Counted from the stretch's first letter, positions 1-15,371 are shown. The stretch: DNA of 64,000 bases from Eledone cirrhosa (GCA_964016885.1 OZ024742.1:124000001-124064000), one strand, 5' to 3'. The notes: a model not told the origin generated them from the letters alone. Program-made: numbers and translations.

Positions 1-162
1 CTTATATCCAATTCTAATTAATATACACCTTAATTTTATTATATACGTTTTATCATATTTCCTTGAGTATGAACAATTCGAAATATTTATCAGCTGAAAC
101 CGGTACTATAATTTACTTTTACGAGAAAATCTTATTAGCATTTCCTTCATTTTTTAATTTTA

Positions 163-442
<280 letters not shown>

Positions 443-1346
443 CCAGAAAGAATAATATGTCTGCATTTATAGTGTTTCTTATGGTGTGTCAAACTATATA
501 ATGCTAGTGGGAAATGCTTCACATTAATAATCTTTGCTTCTGCATCGACAGCATATAATATAAATCATTGATGTTCGTATCGGTCATATAACTACTTATT
601 TGAAAATATTTGGTGGAACTTTTTTACGGTTTTACTAAATATTAACACATGCTATGAACTCTACCTATTCTCATACCTCACTGAAGAGAATTAAACGTCA
701 TACAATAATGTATAATTATGAAATCGTTACATTAAACAAAAAGGCGAGTGGGTTGCTGCAAGGCCGTTTATAAGTTCAACATCAAGTTTCTATTTGAGAT
801 TCGAATCTTGCTCGGATAAACTTCATCGTTCTTCCGCATATAGGGATAATTCAAGAGCTAAGAGCAAACAGGGTTTTATATATGAATGGGAGACACTTGT
901 ACATATATAAAGATATATAATGTATCTGCTTATATCTTATTCTTTAAAAGATTGGCTGAACTTTGAAAAAATACTCCATTCTTACAGATTCATTGAGTTT
1001 GCTTCATCACGTCTACGCGAATTTCAGTGATACTTATCTGACATATATTTCAATAGTAAATATTTAAATATCCAAGTTTCAACGTCCCGCCTCATTCATG
1101 CGTGGACTTCCAAATGTATGACAAAGGTGGGAAACATTTTATTAGATATCATTAATACCAATCGTGATATTTTATCGTATTATGAACGCTAAGTTGAGTT
1201 TATTGGAAACACTAGGAATCTATAATACAGCCTGTGTTAATATTTGTTGATCATATATCTCTCTCTCTCTCTACCACTCTCTCTCTCTCTCTCGCTGTCT
1301 CTCTTTCTCTTTCTCTCTCTCTCTCATGCATACATAAATATATACA

Positions 1347-1416
<70 letters not shown>

Positions 1417-1714
1417 TGTGCGTATATTGATTCTAAGATTTTCTATTCATGGCGTTGCTTATATTCCTCCGATGATTAAATTTACATTGCTGTACTTAAT
1501 CAACTGCATTTAAGACATGATACAACCACGGGATCAGAAATGCTAAGGAACATATATATAGCATTCATTAATATGTATTAGCTAATCTCCTCTGTTAACA
1601 TTGTTTTCCCACAGGATCTGTAAAACGCATGATTATAATTATGAGAATGATGACAGCAACAACAACAATAACAATAATAAGTGTTTCTACAATAATAATA
1701 ATGGCTGCTTATAT

Positions 1715-1915
1715 AGGCACAAGGCCAGCAATTTGAGGGGATGGGAAAGTCGATTAAATCGATTCCAGTGCGTGACTGGTACTTTATTTTATCGACCCCG
1801 TAAGGATGAATGCAAAGTTAACCTTGGCAAGATTTGAACTCAGATTATAATGTGCCGTACTCTATGCTGCAAAGTATGGTGTCCCGACCCACTACCTATA
1901 CAACCAATCCACTGC
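1715..1915 (-). mobile_element. tRNA-derived SINE (family 1)
   Basis: GGCACAAGGCCAGCAAT...GGTACTTTATTTTATCGACCCCGTAAGGATGAA...TTTGAACTCAG; same family as the TSD-flanked copy at 41257-41443. Confidence 0.85.
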
Positions 1916-2619
1916 CCTAATAAGGATGATTTTAATAACAATTAAAAAGGTGGATGAACTCCTCAGAGCCAATGGCTATCCACCCTAACACTTGGTTAAA
2001 TACCCGCAATTGGCCAAGCATAATGTGCACGGCGACACCCATGACATCAGAGAAGTAGAAATTAACTAAGGTGGGTTTTCTATAACAATAATTAGCAGGA
2101 TATGAATTGGATTGGCTAATAATAGTAAAAACAACATCAACAACGATAACAACAGCAATAATAATAATATATTTAACGACATCTATGAAATTAAAAGATC
2201 AACTAGGTTTGGTGTTGCTCTATGTCGGTATCTTTGCAACGAAAGAAATGAAAGTGAATTGTATCATGTGAAATTGGGGTGTAAACATATCTAATTATCG
2301 CACCTAATATTATTAATTATTATTAAATCAAACATATTTTTCTATAAACGTTTACATGTTTTCGTCAAAATGTGAATCATATTTATAGTAACCACAATAA
2401 AATATTCCTAAATTCTACCTTCATTTGTTTTATTGGTACGGTATGGTCTCATATCTACAGATGGAGTCATAGGCGGCGCTGTAGCGCCATACAACGTTTC
2501 TTAGCCGTTTTAAAATCTGGCGGAGCCCATCCCTCTGCAGGTCTGAACACAGAAGATTTCTTCTTGGGAAGGATAGGAAGTAAAAGAGAGGTAGTGAGAA
2601 AGAGATATAGAGGAGGGAT

Positions 2620-2780
2620 TCATCCAAGTACTAAATTCGTATTTTTCTTATCGACCCCGACAGAATGAACGTCAAATGTGTCCTCAGCGGGAATTGAACT
2701 GCGAAAGCAAAGAACCTGAAAGAAAACCACAAAAAAATATATCCGATATTCTAATGACTCTGCCAGTTTGCCGCCGATTT
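2620..2780 (-). mobile_element. degenerate SINE (family 1-related)
   Basis: TATCGACCCCGACAGAATGAA...GAATTGAACT...CTGCCAGTTTGCCGCC, matching the reverse of the SINE head and core. Confidence 0.6.
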
Positions 2781-3596
2781 TTTTTGTTAAGTACAAGATA
2801 TCTGCCATTTCCTCGTAGCGTTATTTTTATGCCACATATCTGATGCGAACGAAGATACCTATAACGAGTGTCATTCTTGACGTAACAGTCGCCTCATTTC
2901 ATCAGAAATATTGAACCGACGAATAATTTATCGAAATTCTCGAAGATAATCAAGTCGTATATGACGACTTTATTTACAAAGTAGCATAGTTATGTCATAT
3001 AACGTATCTGACTGCCACTGGTACCATATAACCCAGTGCAATCTTCTTAACAGTCGAGTGTTTTGCGATTAACCCGTCTCCTCCAACAAATTCTGGTCAG
3101 GAGAGGAGAGTAAGTGGAACCTTAGCAGCACAAAACAACTGTTAAAGAGCAGATGAACTCTTCCGATTCAACGGCCATCAACCACAAATATTGTTAAATA
3201 GCCTCACCTCTACACGATTGACTAAGAGGGGTGAGTACGGCTACACCCTAAAAATATGACCAAACCCAAAAGTAGTTCAGGGAAACCAGAGAGAGGTTCC
3301 TTAAACAGAATTGAGAAGAGACTAGATTGTATTGGGTAGTTATGTACAGCGCGTTTAATAAAAAATATATGAATGAAACATTTGTTTAATTTAATCAATT
3401 ATTAATTCATTTTCGAAGATGATGCAATATCTCATATTAGCTTAATGTAACTCAGGAACGACTAACTACATGTTTAATGTACATACTTTATCTTACCTGA
3501 TTACATATAGAACACGTAGACAAAGATACACAAACACACACACAGGCACACACAGACACACAGAGACATACACACAAATACATAAATATATATATA

Positions 3597-3726
3597 GGAA
3601 AAGAGTCAGGACCCCGACGGGTGAGGTCCTGTCCTGACTATTTTCCTATTACCCACTCTACTACCCAGTATCGAGTACTTTGGTGTCTTATGGTCCACCT
3701 TGTTACTTACCACACTTCCTTCGTTT
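3597..3726 (+). mobile_element. short (TA)n-embedded fold-back repeat, family A (PLE pLTR-like)
   Basis: Shares TTTTCCTATTACCCACTCTACTACCC...TTACCACACTTCCTTCG with copies at 8033, 26084, 36118 and partial copies at 15232, 44329. Confidence 0.8.
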
Positions 3727-3769
3727 ATATATATATATATATATAACGTGGTAAGTAACCGGGTGAACT

Positions 3770-3911
<142 letters not shown>

Positions 3912-4449
3912 TATGTAAAAGTACCAAAAATATCGACTTCATGCTCTCTATGCAAATCAGGAGCTAAAATACCCTGCATATGGAACTAACATTAGATATT
4001 GTTATAGGTGCAACAATTTTAATATCTTATGTATAATGAAAAGCACCTAGTGCTGCATTGTGTAATAGTTTCATAAAGAAATGTTCTAAGCTGATTTACA
4101 ATCAAATTTTATAGACAAGTTTCGAAACAATAGAGTATATTTTTAAAAGCTAAGCAAAATTTGTTAGATGCCATAATCACAAAAATATCATAATGAATTT
4201 ATAACGTTATGTGTTCGTCAGAAGTGGGATTATCCCTCTATTACCAGACATAGTTTTTCTGGGTTTTGACTGTAATCACCAATTTCCTTTTTAAAATCTA
4301 TTTCTCTCTCAATTGTTCCATCTTATATTCTTAAACCCTTTCTTTGATCTTGCAGAAACTTAGACATAAAAATATTGCGTTCTTAGTTTTCTAACTAAAT
4401 ACTAAATTCCATATCACGTTGCTCGATTACAATGTCAGCAATTATATCG

Positions 4450-5622
<1,173 letters not shown>

Positions 5623-5760
5623 ATATATATAATACCCATACACACAAACACGTATATATATTCATTTATTTATACTCGCATGTCCCCCTTTTCTATTTCA
5701 TGTTACCTAATATATCTAAAGGGTAAACCTAACGCTAATTGTTTTGTATATCAGTGTTTG

Positions 5761-5814
<54 letters not shown>

Positions 5815-5817
<3 letters not shown>

Positions 5818-7228
5818 GCTGGCCCGTTCGGCTTGCACCCGGTTATGTATACCGGCATTTTATTTTTTCAGGAATCCACCCTCCACTCCAGTGCAAAGAT
5901 ACGGCATTCCCTCTCAAGGTTGCGAGGTTGGGGTGGGTTGGTGGGACTTAACGTGCTCTGAAGTTGGGTTTGAATAGTTTTTAGGATTCCCCAGTTCAGC
6001 AGCCAATACGTTGAAGAAAATTGATAGTTTCACAATAAAGGCTGAACCGAGAACACATTTTTTAACAAACAACCATTTTTACAACCATAATGGAAATTCC
6101 AAGTAACAGAAAATATTTAAATTACATTGTTAGAGCCTCAGAGTATACAATATATTTTGTCCATTCCCCCGGAGCAAAGATGAATATATTGATTGGTGAG
6201 CTCACCCGAGACCATCCTTCATACAATTGACCATGCGAGAAGCACTGATCTCGTAGCTCGTTTCGCGGGGAAGCTCTGTAGATATTGACATCTGGACACT
6301 CCCATCAGGAGCATGTACGCTGTAGTAACTTAGAGGGCTACCACTAATCTCCAGGACACTGTTTTCAAGACAAATTAGCGCTTCATTGAAAACGACATCG
6401 TTACGTTCGGATTGTTTCTGCGTGTGTGGTGGAGGAAGTCCTCAGCTAGTCTTTTGCGGTGGTTATTCCAGAGTGTGAGAGGGTCGGCGAGATCGAAGTT
6501 GTGCAGCATAATAGCAAAATGTTTTCGCAGCTGAGAAAGGTCTTTAGCTGTTGCTGCTTCTTGCAGGGTGAGGTGCCAATGGCTGTCATCTTGTAACTTA
6601 CCACGCATCTGGCAAGCCAAACGGTAAGTGGAACATTGATGGCCATTTATTATTCACAGATCCTGGAAATAATGTGGTCCTCTATCCTCAAACAGTAACA
6701 ATGACGATAAGCCGTCTGTGTTTTCGTGAAACAAATAGGTTTTTTTTTTGTGTACGCAAAAATATCTGTACACGAATATATATATTAAAATAGCAGATTA
6801 ATGTTTAAGTAGAGGCTTTCACCCTTAACGGGATCTTCTGAAACTAAACAAATCAATCTGTGAACGCAAAAGTAAATATTTCGGAAAACCTTATCTAATG
6901 CAGACAGGCCGACATACAGAGACATATTATAAGGGCGCTACGTTATAGCTATGTATATATCTAAAAAGACAGACGGAGAAAAAGAGGGGAATGTTGTGCG
7001 ACGTCATAAGAAAAAGTGAGGAATGTCGTATAACCGGACGTGTTCACATTTGAAATTTAAAAAAGAAGAATATTTAAATAATGCCTTTAATCTTTTAACA
7101 AAATTCAGTAGACAAAAAAATACCCTCGCTTTTTTACTTGTAAAAAGTTACATCTACGGTGCTAATTTGGTGGCGTTTGGTCCAGCCGTTTGGCGAAATC
7201 TTTGTTACATACATACGGCCGTCAGCTT

Positions 7229-7240
<12 letters not shown>
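5815..7240 (-). mobile_element. internally deleted Helitron
   Basis: Minus-strand RepHel fragments DDSHWHLTLQEAA...LADPLTLWNNHRKRLAEDF (6375-6620) and the Pif1 helicase C-terminus CFSHGQLY..SRV...IVYSEAL* (about 6130-6255); GC-rich subterminal hairpin followed by CTAT at about 5815-5845; Helitron-like 5' leader TATAAAGCTGA...AAACGGCTGGACC at about 7170-7240. Confidence 0.8.
6803..6844 (-). ncRNA. HHR motif, CAGAAGA-core family (degenerate stem III)
   Basis: Minus strand GTTT-CAGAAGA-T-CCC gttaa GGG-T-GAAA-gcctctac-TT-AAAC; homologous to 36373 and 37865. Confidence 0.5.
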
Positions 7241-7290
<50 letters not shown>

Positions 7291-7997
7291 AATACTCATC
7301 ATTCTGTAAGATAGAGGTGTGATTATATTTATACGGTTCATACATTTTACGATAGTTTTAAGTTACACAGAAACATTTCTTAGAGCAGACATATGAATCA
7401 TTTATTTCGTATTGTAACAAAATGTATTTAAAATTGAATTTGGATTATATTCATCGATTTACACTTATAATTGTATGTGTAGATTAAGGTTTAAAGTTGT
7501 TGCAACTTAACGTGATATACACCGTTAATAAGCGATCTACTAACACTATATTTGTTTTGTACATTTCATTTGACAGGTATTTTCTGTGACAGGTATATTC
7601 TATGCAAAGAAAAAGCATATGTGGCACTGGAATTGCATTGGTAGTGTTGTTAGAGAATTGAAATATTATGAATAAATATATGCAGTTGATGCTAGATGTT
7701 ATAGCCAATAAATCATAATCAATTTATAAAGACATGTATTCGTCTGAAGTTGGATTATTACTCAATTCCCAGACGTTGTTTGCACGAAATATAATATAAT
7801 TGGGGGCTTGATGTAATCAGCTATTAGCTGGCAACATCTTTACTTTTTCTAATCAACATCGCTCAAATTTACATCGTATTTTCTCGTGTCCGTTCTTTTA
7901 TCGAGAACAGCTAAAGTTAATAAGATTAGTCTTTTGATATTCTAACTAAATGCATGTATAATTATGTGCATGTGTATCTATATATATATATATATAT

Positions 7998-8032
<35 letters not shown>

Positions 8033-8034
<2 letters not shown>

Positions 8035-8210
8035 AACAAGTATGACCCCGACGGCAGAGCTCAAGCCGTTTCGACGGCTATTTCTAGACTCGAAACGGCT
8101 TGAGCTCTGCCGTAGGGGTCATACTTTTTCCTATTACCCACTCTACTACCCTAAGTATTGAGTACTCTGGTGCATTATGGTCCATCTGGATCCTTACCAC
8201 AATTCCTTCG
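8033..8210 (+). mobile_element. family A fold-back repeat with 3' half of an HHR
   Basis: Hairpin ATGACCCCGACGGCAGAGCTCAAGCCGTTTCGA...TCGAAACGGCTTGAGCTCTGCCGTAGGGGTCAT; flanked by (TA)n. Confidence 0.8.
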
Positions 8211-8282
8211 TAATATATATACATATGTATATATGTATGTATATATACATATGTATAAATATATATGTATATATATATACGT

Positions 8283-8361
<79 letters not shown>

Positions 8362-8930
8362 GCAGACACATGTTTAGTATACACGCAGGTAAACATCCCA
8401 AATATCCGTATTTTTATGAATATTGAGAAAGTAGTTAATACATTCTTAAACAGTTGGAATAACTCTATGATCCATTAACTCGCTGAATTTTTAGTCAGAT
8501 TAAACAAGATGTGTACTCTTCTTCGGAATATTGGTATATAATCCATATGTGCAATTTGTCATGGATATCTATTCTTTGTGTAACCAAACTTGCTTTATAC
8601 AAATATTGTTCAATTAATCTCTAAATACCGGATATTGGACAACGTGGTGGTTTGTGACTGGCCATCGGGACTTCTTGTGTCTTCTGCCAAATCAGTGGGG
8701 GATATCACGTCTACGGATCGTGCACAGTGAGTTGGAATGTCTGATGCTGTTGATATCGTTGGTTATTCTCTGTAGCATATCTTTCGCCATCTTCTCTAAA
8801 ACCTTTTTTTATTTACCCAATTCCCCATTTTTCTCCCTTTTGTTCTGTAACTTATGTAAATGTTCCTACTGTTTCATATAACATATATAAAGTAGCATTC
8901 AAGATATAGCGCTCACGGCACTGTTGGCAA

Positions 8931-8987
<57 letters not shown>

Positions 8988-11234
8988 TATGTGTGTGTGT
9001 GTGTGTATGTGTGTGTGTTTGTGTGAATACTCGCCATCGGTGTCGTGAGCGTTAGATTATCTGCATGACGGGGAAATATTTCATTGGCTTTATCATTAAA
9101 TGATCTGTAGTCATCATCTTCAAAATGTATATGAGGCTCAGGCACCGGGTTATCCATCCACAGCAGAAATCAAACTCGCATCTCATAACATCACACAGAA
9201 GTATTTGACATGAACTTCCCCACTCTCTTTAACATCACAACAAAACTTATAAAAACAAATAGAGATCCTATATAATTCAAAATATCTTTGGATGAAATAT
9301 TCCACGATATTCATATATGTCGAAGAAAACAATACATTCATATATGTCTAAGAAAACAATAACTCTCTACCTTAGTGGGTTTTGGTGTCCAAATAATGAT
9401 TTGAAACACTTCGCCAGGTGGTGCTATTAAGTTAAACATGGCCTGGTCCAATACTGGCCGAAGCTTATCAAATTTATCAAATTTATATTTATATATATAT
9501 ATATATATATATAATTTTATAGGGAGTTAACCGACCAAGGTTGTGCAATCCACACCTTAGTATGTCAGGTGTGATACCAATAAAAGGAAGCGCTCAAGGA
9601 CATGTATAAATGGTACAAGCCGGAGCATTATGGATCATTTTATACAACGGAAACTATGTAGTTGTGTCTAAGTTTATTCATATATCGATGATATATATAT
9701 TTCGCTATATAGAACATTCCTATCCAATCTCTCGGCCCGAGCTCGTCAGATTGTATAAAAATATTGAAGCAATCATCTTAAAACAACTTCAATGTTTTTT
9801 ATGATAGGAGGGGCCGATGATTAGTGTTTTTGGTTTAAGGCAGGCTGGCCCCAATATCGTCACTACCATCCCTAGCACTGAGGCGGAAGTGTTTGTTTGT
9901 CTTCCATATCGCGTCGCCTCTGCTGGATGTCAATAATCTTGCAAGACCTGATCATGGTGATGAATGTTGCAAGTCTCCAACCTCTTCTCCTCTCTATCAC
10001 GTAGTGGTGGTTGTAGAAGTAGTGACAACTTTTTCTGCTCTCATCCTCCTAAGTTACGTGAAGGCCACACTACCATAATTGAGTCGCGGACCCGTTGATA
10101 CGTCATGTCTTGGGGCAAGACACTTCATTTCTCGCTGTGTTTTCAGGCAGGGATTGCGACCGGTATATAGTTCCAGTAATGGTGAGACCAATTGAAATAT
10201 TCTTTCCTTTGTCGGATTTGACGAATCTAACCTTAAACCAGAAGCGGAATTTTGGTAACTTGTCGTTCATAATTGGTATGAACTCAAACAATGAAGTAGT
10301 TCAATTTGATACACTATAGTAACATTTGGATGTTTTTTAAAACCTGCTATCTATTGTGTCTTTGCAGTTAAATCATATGATGTATTTTAATGTATGATTA
10401 AAACAAGATTTAAATTTCGAATCAAAAATATATATATAAACTTATTTACAAAGTGTATGGCTTTGAGTTCGAACATATCTATTTCATGTTTATATATCGA
10501 ATGTTATTACTAGGATTGTTAATAATGTAAAATTATTGAGAAGATATTTATCTGTTGTCAGTAGATGTTAAGAAGATTCATCGGTGGCATATTTGAAGAA
10601 ATGTGACATAGTGACTCATAACATGGTATACTCTTATGTTGAGAAAAGCTACTACACAACTATTTTAACATTGATTCAAATTAAACAGCAAGTATAAGTA
10701 GCAGCTGGCATCAAAAACATAGTGTATATGTGAATTATTGGAATATAATTGGTAGAACAGGATTTGTGTGCCATCAAAACAAACTTGTTAGTTACAATGT
10801 CGAAGAAAAACAAGAATACATTGCTGATGCATTAACTTTAATTGCAAAATTGCGACTTTTGTTTAGATTACAAATAACAGATTTCTCCTGTTTATTTTGT
10901 TAAAATCTGTAGAACTGTGTCCAATAACTATTTGACCGCAGATTCCGGAAACATATCCACCCAAATACATTGCATTCCATTTAAAGTATGCATAGACTCA
11001 AATGTATATATGAAACTGGGGACTGAAATAGTATTTGACTTGTAATAAAACCTTAAATGAAATGTCAATTCATCCATTCTCATTATATAGTTATTCTCAA
11101 TGGTGGAATGACGAAGCTGGACTTTCAGCATGTGTGGAAACGTATCGAGTTAGGTTGTTTATTTCGGTAGACCGAATTACATTTAATTAAATATTTTATA
11201 TAGATATAAAGATATGCATATACACTCACACGAA

Positions 11235-11419
<185 letters not shown>

Positions 11420-11450
11420 ATTCATATATACATATATATATATAAAGCTG

Positions 11451-11492
11451 TGTTTCATACAATATCGAAGAACGCAATAAGTTATACATATA

Positions 11493-11524
<32 letters not shown>

Positions 11525-11615
11525 TGAGTGTGTGTGTGCGTGTGTGCGTATGTGTGTATGTGCGTGTGTGTGAGTGTGTGTATAACTTATTGCGTTCTTC
11601 GATATTATTGAAACA
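11451..11615. repeat. ~37-bp inverted repeat enclosing a (TG)n microsatellite
   Basis: AATATCGAAGAACGCAATAAGTTATACA (11461-11488) is the exact reverse complement of 11579-11606. Confidence 0.85.
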
Positions 11616-12294
11616 GGTTTATATTGGTATTCGCAGGACGTGTATTTTTGTTTATCATTCTGTCAGCAAACTTCCCTATCTTTATCACATTAATGTAATG
11701 GCTAGAATATATCATCCGGGTCTTATATAGCTGTGGTTTTCAAATGCAGTAATTCGAATTTCCATACCAAATGTCGGTAAATCATGATGCTTTCAATAAA
11801 CCATCATGTAAGATATTTACGTAGGAGAAGTAGTGTTGTGTCTCCGAACAAGACCGGGGCTGAATGATTACTAGTAGAGCAGCCCGACCGTAACAATAGT
11901 AGCGATGGTAGTTGTAGCGCCGCAAATAGGGACGTGTTTCTGCCAGGTTTAAGGGTTGATTCTAGAAGCTTCAGACGTTTAATCCTTTGGAATATATGAA
12001 CTACGTGTTTGGAAGTTGGGCGCAGAAGGCGTAGTAAACATAAATATTATATTTACTTTTAACCATCTAGGTCTAATATAGATTTGAAATTTGAAGTTTA
12101 TGAAGTCGAACAATGCATAAGATAACGAGATGTCACATTGTACTTAAAGTTTCACACTTTACTGGCCATGGTTACAGAATGGTAACTTTTTGTTGTTGAA
12201 TATCAGTAAATCAAATTGTTATGAAGGAGAGGTAGTGTAGTACCTCTGTCAAAAACCTGAGTCAGAAGTTTACTGGTGGGACGGATAGACTTTA

Positions 12295-12590
12295 GCAGTA
12301 GTAACAGATGTAATAGTGGTAGTAATAATAGCAGCAACAGCAGTTGTAGTAGTACAGTAGTGGTAGTGATGATGGTGGTGGTGGTAGTGTTAGTAGCAGT
12401 AGTAGTAATCAGACAAGCAGTAGTAGTATAGTAGTGGTGGTGATGGTGGTGGTGGTATTAGTAGCAGTAGTGGTTGTGGTAGTAGTAATAGTAGTAGTGG
12501 TGGTGGTGGTATTAGTAGTAGTAGTAGTAGTAGTTGTAGTTATAGTAGTAGTAATAGCAGTAGTAATAGTAGTAGTCAGATATAGTGGTG
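12295..12590. repeat. (AGT/GGT)n trinucleotide low-complexity tract
   Basis: Directly visible. Confidence 0.9.
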
Positions 12591-12779
12591 TGTTTCCGCC
12601 AGTTTAACATTTCATCTTCTGCTTCCACCGTAAGAAACTTACATGTTAATAGATTCGCCAAGACACACAGGTTTGAATGTTATGAAAGGAGCGATTGGAA
12701 CAACAAACAAGAGACTTTTTCTACATCATACATACATTGAAGATAGTGCGCGTAAGATTGCAATAATATTAAATGTTAA

Positions 12780-13040
12780 GTTAAAGACTATCCTAAGCCG
12801 AAGGTTCATTTGGCCGGAGTTTCTCCCAGGTTTCCTTGGATTTAATCGATTGATAGTACAATACTCTTCCTAGACAAGAAGCGGGTCTAACGCAGAATTA
12901 ACTCTCCATCTACTAATTGTAATCACTCTCAGCTGAGTGTACTAGAGCAACTTGAAATAAAGTGTTGTGCTTCAGAGCACAACGCAGCAGCATGTCCAGG
13001 AATCGAACCCACGGTTTTGCAATCGTACGTCAAGCATCCT
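12780..13040 (-). mobile_element. SINE (family 2)
   Basis: GCAACTTGAAATAAAGTGTTGTGCTTCAGAGCACAAC...GGAATCGAACCC (reverse B-box); related copy at about 17560-17775. Confidence 0.6.
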
Positions 13041-13174
13041 AAACATTAGTCTATGCGGCTTTTCGTAATTGAATAAACAATTACTAATGATGCATCAGGA
13101 AGTTGGAAAAGCCTTAAGGAAACAATACTGCTTGCGTTTATTGAAAACTAGGCAGAGAATTATGGGCTACATGA

Positions 13175-13340
13175 GGGTTGGATTGGCAGTATCGGTAGAG
13201 GGCATGACGCCCTGCTTTGCAGTATGGAGTTACGGCCCTTTATGATCTGAGTTCTAATCCTTACGGGATCGCTAAAATAAAGCACCTGTAATACACGGGG
13301 ATAATTGCTGGCCTTGTGCCAAAAGTGGAAACAATTATTA
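13175..13340 (+). mobile_element. SINE (family 1), internally deleted
   Basis: TTGGCAGTATCGGTAGAG...TGAGTTCTAATCC...TTGCTGGCCTTGTGCC. Confidence 0.75.
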
Positions 13341-14035
13341 TAGTGTTACTGTCTATGTGCCGGTAGAATCGGGAAAAAAATTAACAAAGAATAGTAGCAT
13401 GAGAATATGTTCAGGAGTTCAGTTGTATTTCTATAACCGCATTTTCTCTCCCGGTCGCTAGCCTAAATGCAATCATATTCTACCCTTCCCACTCTGTAGG
13501 TGTTGAACAACTGCAAAGAAACTCCAAAACGAGCAACAAGGAAACTCTCAGATGTACTGTTTTACTTAAATCTACATTGAAACACTTGGTTAGGTGGGGG
13601 TCTTCTCTAAAGAAATCATGCTGTCCAGATCTACTGAATGTTTCTCACCACTGAAAGGAGAATACGCTAAATAGGAAATATTTATATTTAATTCGTTTAT
13701 GTACATATTAACAAACAAACATGAACTTTTGTTTACAGCTCACATACGGAGGCAAATAGAGAGAACAGAAATGATTTGTTAACGTTAAAATTACCTAATA
13801 TGCCAGCTACATTCAAATACATGTGGTAACGAAATATGGTGAACTAGAATGCACAACATATTAATTTTAGTGTTCGAATATATTTCTGGAGAAAATAGCT
13901 CAATTGAAAATCACTATATTACACAATATTGTTTAATGTCTATTCTTATACGGAAGCTGCGTATAAGAACAGGAGCGGGTGAGGGTTCGGGGCATAGGGA
14001 TTTTGGTGGATGCCTTAGTATATATATATATGAAC

Positions 14036-14600
14036 AAGTTTGTCCTCATCAGTGACCATCCAACCGTCGTAGGCATTTCGTCGCATTAAAGGCCATATAC
14101 CTCAGGTTGGTGCGAGCAACGGCTAAAAAAAAGTCGTTGGGACACGTAAATAAAGGCGATTCTAGGGTAAACAAACAAAATGGTTTAAGCAGCAGAAAGT
14201 GAGGAAGAAGGAAACAAGTCCCAGATTTCTATGAATATAAATTCGGTGGAATCGTGAACGAGAGAATAAAGACCATAAAACCTGGTTGAAATGTGAGCAA
14301 GGAAGGAATTTCGCACAGGTCTAACGGGAGGAAGAAGGGGTATGGTCTGCGAATTCGGTAAACATAAGTTCTGTGAAGTCGCAGTTCAGTGAAGTCACTT
14401 TCTGCTGCTTAAACCATTTTGTTTCTTTACCCTAGCGTCCCCTTTATTTACGTGTCCCAACGACTTCTTTTTAGCCGTTGCTCGCACCAACCTGAGGTAT
14501 ATGGCCTTTAATGCGACGAAATGCCTACGACGGTTGGATGGCCACTGATGAGGACAAACTGTTTCATATGTAACCCATTTGCAGCGCCGCAGCTCCATTA
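14036..14600. mobile_element. fold-back insertion with ~165-bp inverted arms (14036-14202 / 14395-14560), PLE-like
   Basis: Arms are near-perfect reverse complements; TA tracts on both sides; decayed HHR-like motif on the minus strand at 14550-14595. Confidence 0.75.
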
Positions 14601-14610
14601 TTATCATATT

Positions 14611-14704
<94 letters not shown>

Positions 14705-14736
14705 AGAAAAACCACAGAACCTCCATCTCAACTCTA

Positions 14737-14772
14737 CTTTTGAAAAGCAGAACAACTGCGAAACCGGTAAAG
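14737..14772 (+). ncRNA. minimal type I HHR motif with U3-A8 core variant
   Basis: CTT-TTGAAAA-GCAG aacaa CTGC-GAAA-CCGG-TA-AAG: 3-bp stem I, perfect stem II, palindromic ACCGGT stem III, GUA site. Confidence 0.6.
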
Positions 14773-15231
14773 GAACAAAATAAATATATATATATATTTT
14801 TAAATAAGACTCCAGTTGCATTTTCTATTTCATCTTTTTTTCTTTATACTTTCACTCGTGTAGGACACCTCGGTTATTTTTCATTTTGGAAAAAAAAACC
14901 TCACTTTCTAATATATATATATATATATATTAAGTGTAAGGAATTCTTTTACGATGGAATTAGCTTTCTTTTGCAATATAAATACAGATATGTTGGTATC
15001 TGTTTCATCATATATATTACTCATATATATTACTTTTATATATATATATATATCAGTCTCAGGTGATATCATTGAGCTAGCATCGTATTTAAAATTGAGT
15101 GTCACTGCTTCTAGTGTTCAGCAATTATTAGACAACTCAATCAGAGAAACAATTGTTAGACTGTAAATAAATTCCACTTTTTGTACTGTTGACCATGTTA
15201 TTCTTCACTTTTTCAATTATATACATATATA

Positions 15232-15325
15232 ACGAAGGAATTGTGGTAAGGAACCAGATGGACCATAACACACCAGAAATAGCCGTCGAAACGACTTCAG
15301 TTCTGCCGCCGGGGTCATACTGTTT

Positions 15326-15328
<3 letters not shown>
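15232..15328. mobile_element. family A fragment (inverted 3' end joined to the HHR 3' half)
   Basis: ACGAAGGAATTGTGGTAAGG... (reverse complement of the family 3' end) followed by TAGCCGTCGAAACGAC...GCCGCCGGGGTC. Confidence 0.75.

Positions 15329-15371
<43 letters not shown>

Noticed and set aside
4200-4250. TTCGTCAGAAGTGG...TTACCAGA resembling a permuted version of the 42913 HHR
   Set aside because: No GAAA and stems do not pair; matches are too short.
9830-10320. GC-richer stretch with short ORFs on both strands
   Set aside because: No motifs recognised; contains a SINE-like GCAAGACACTTCATTTC fragment.
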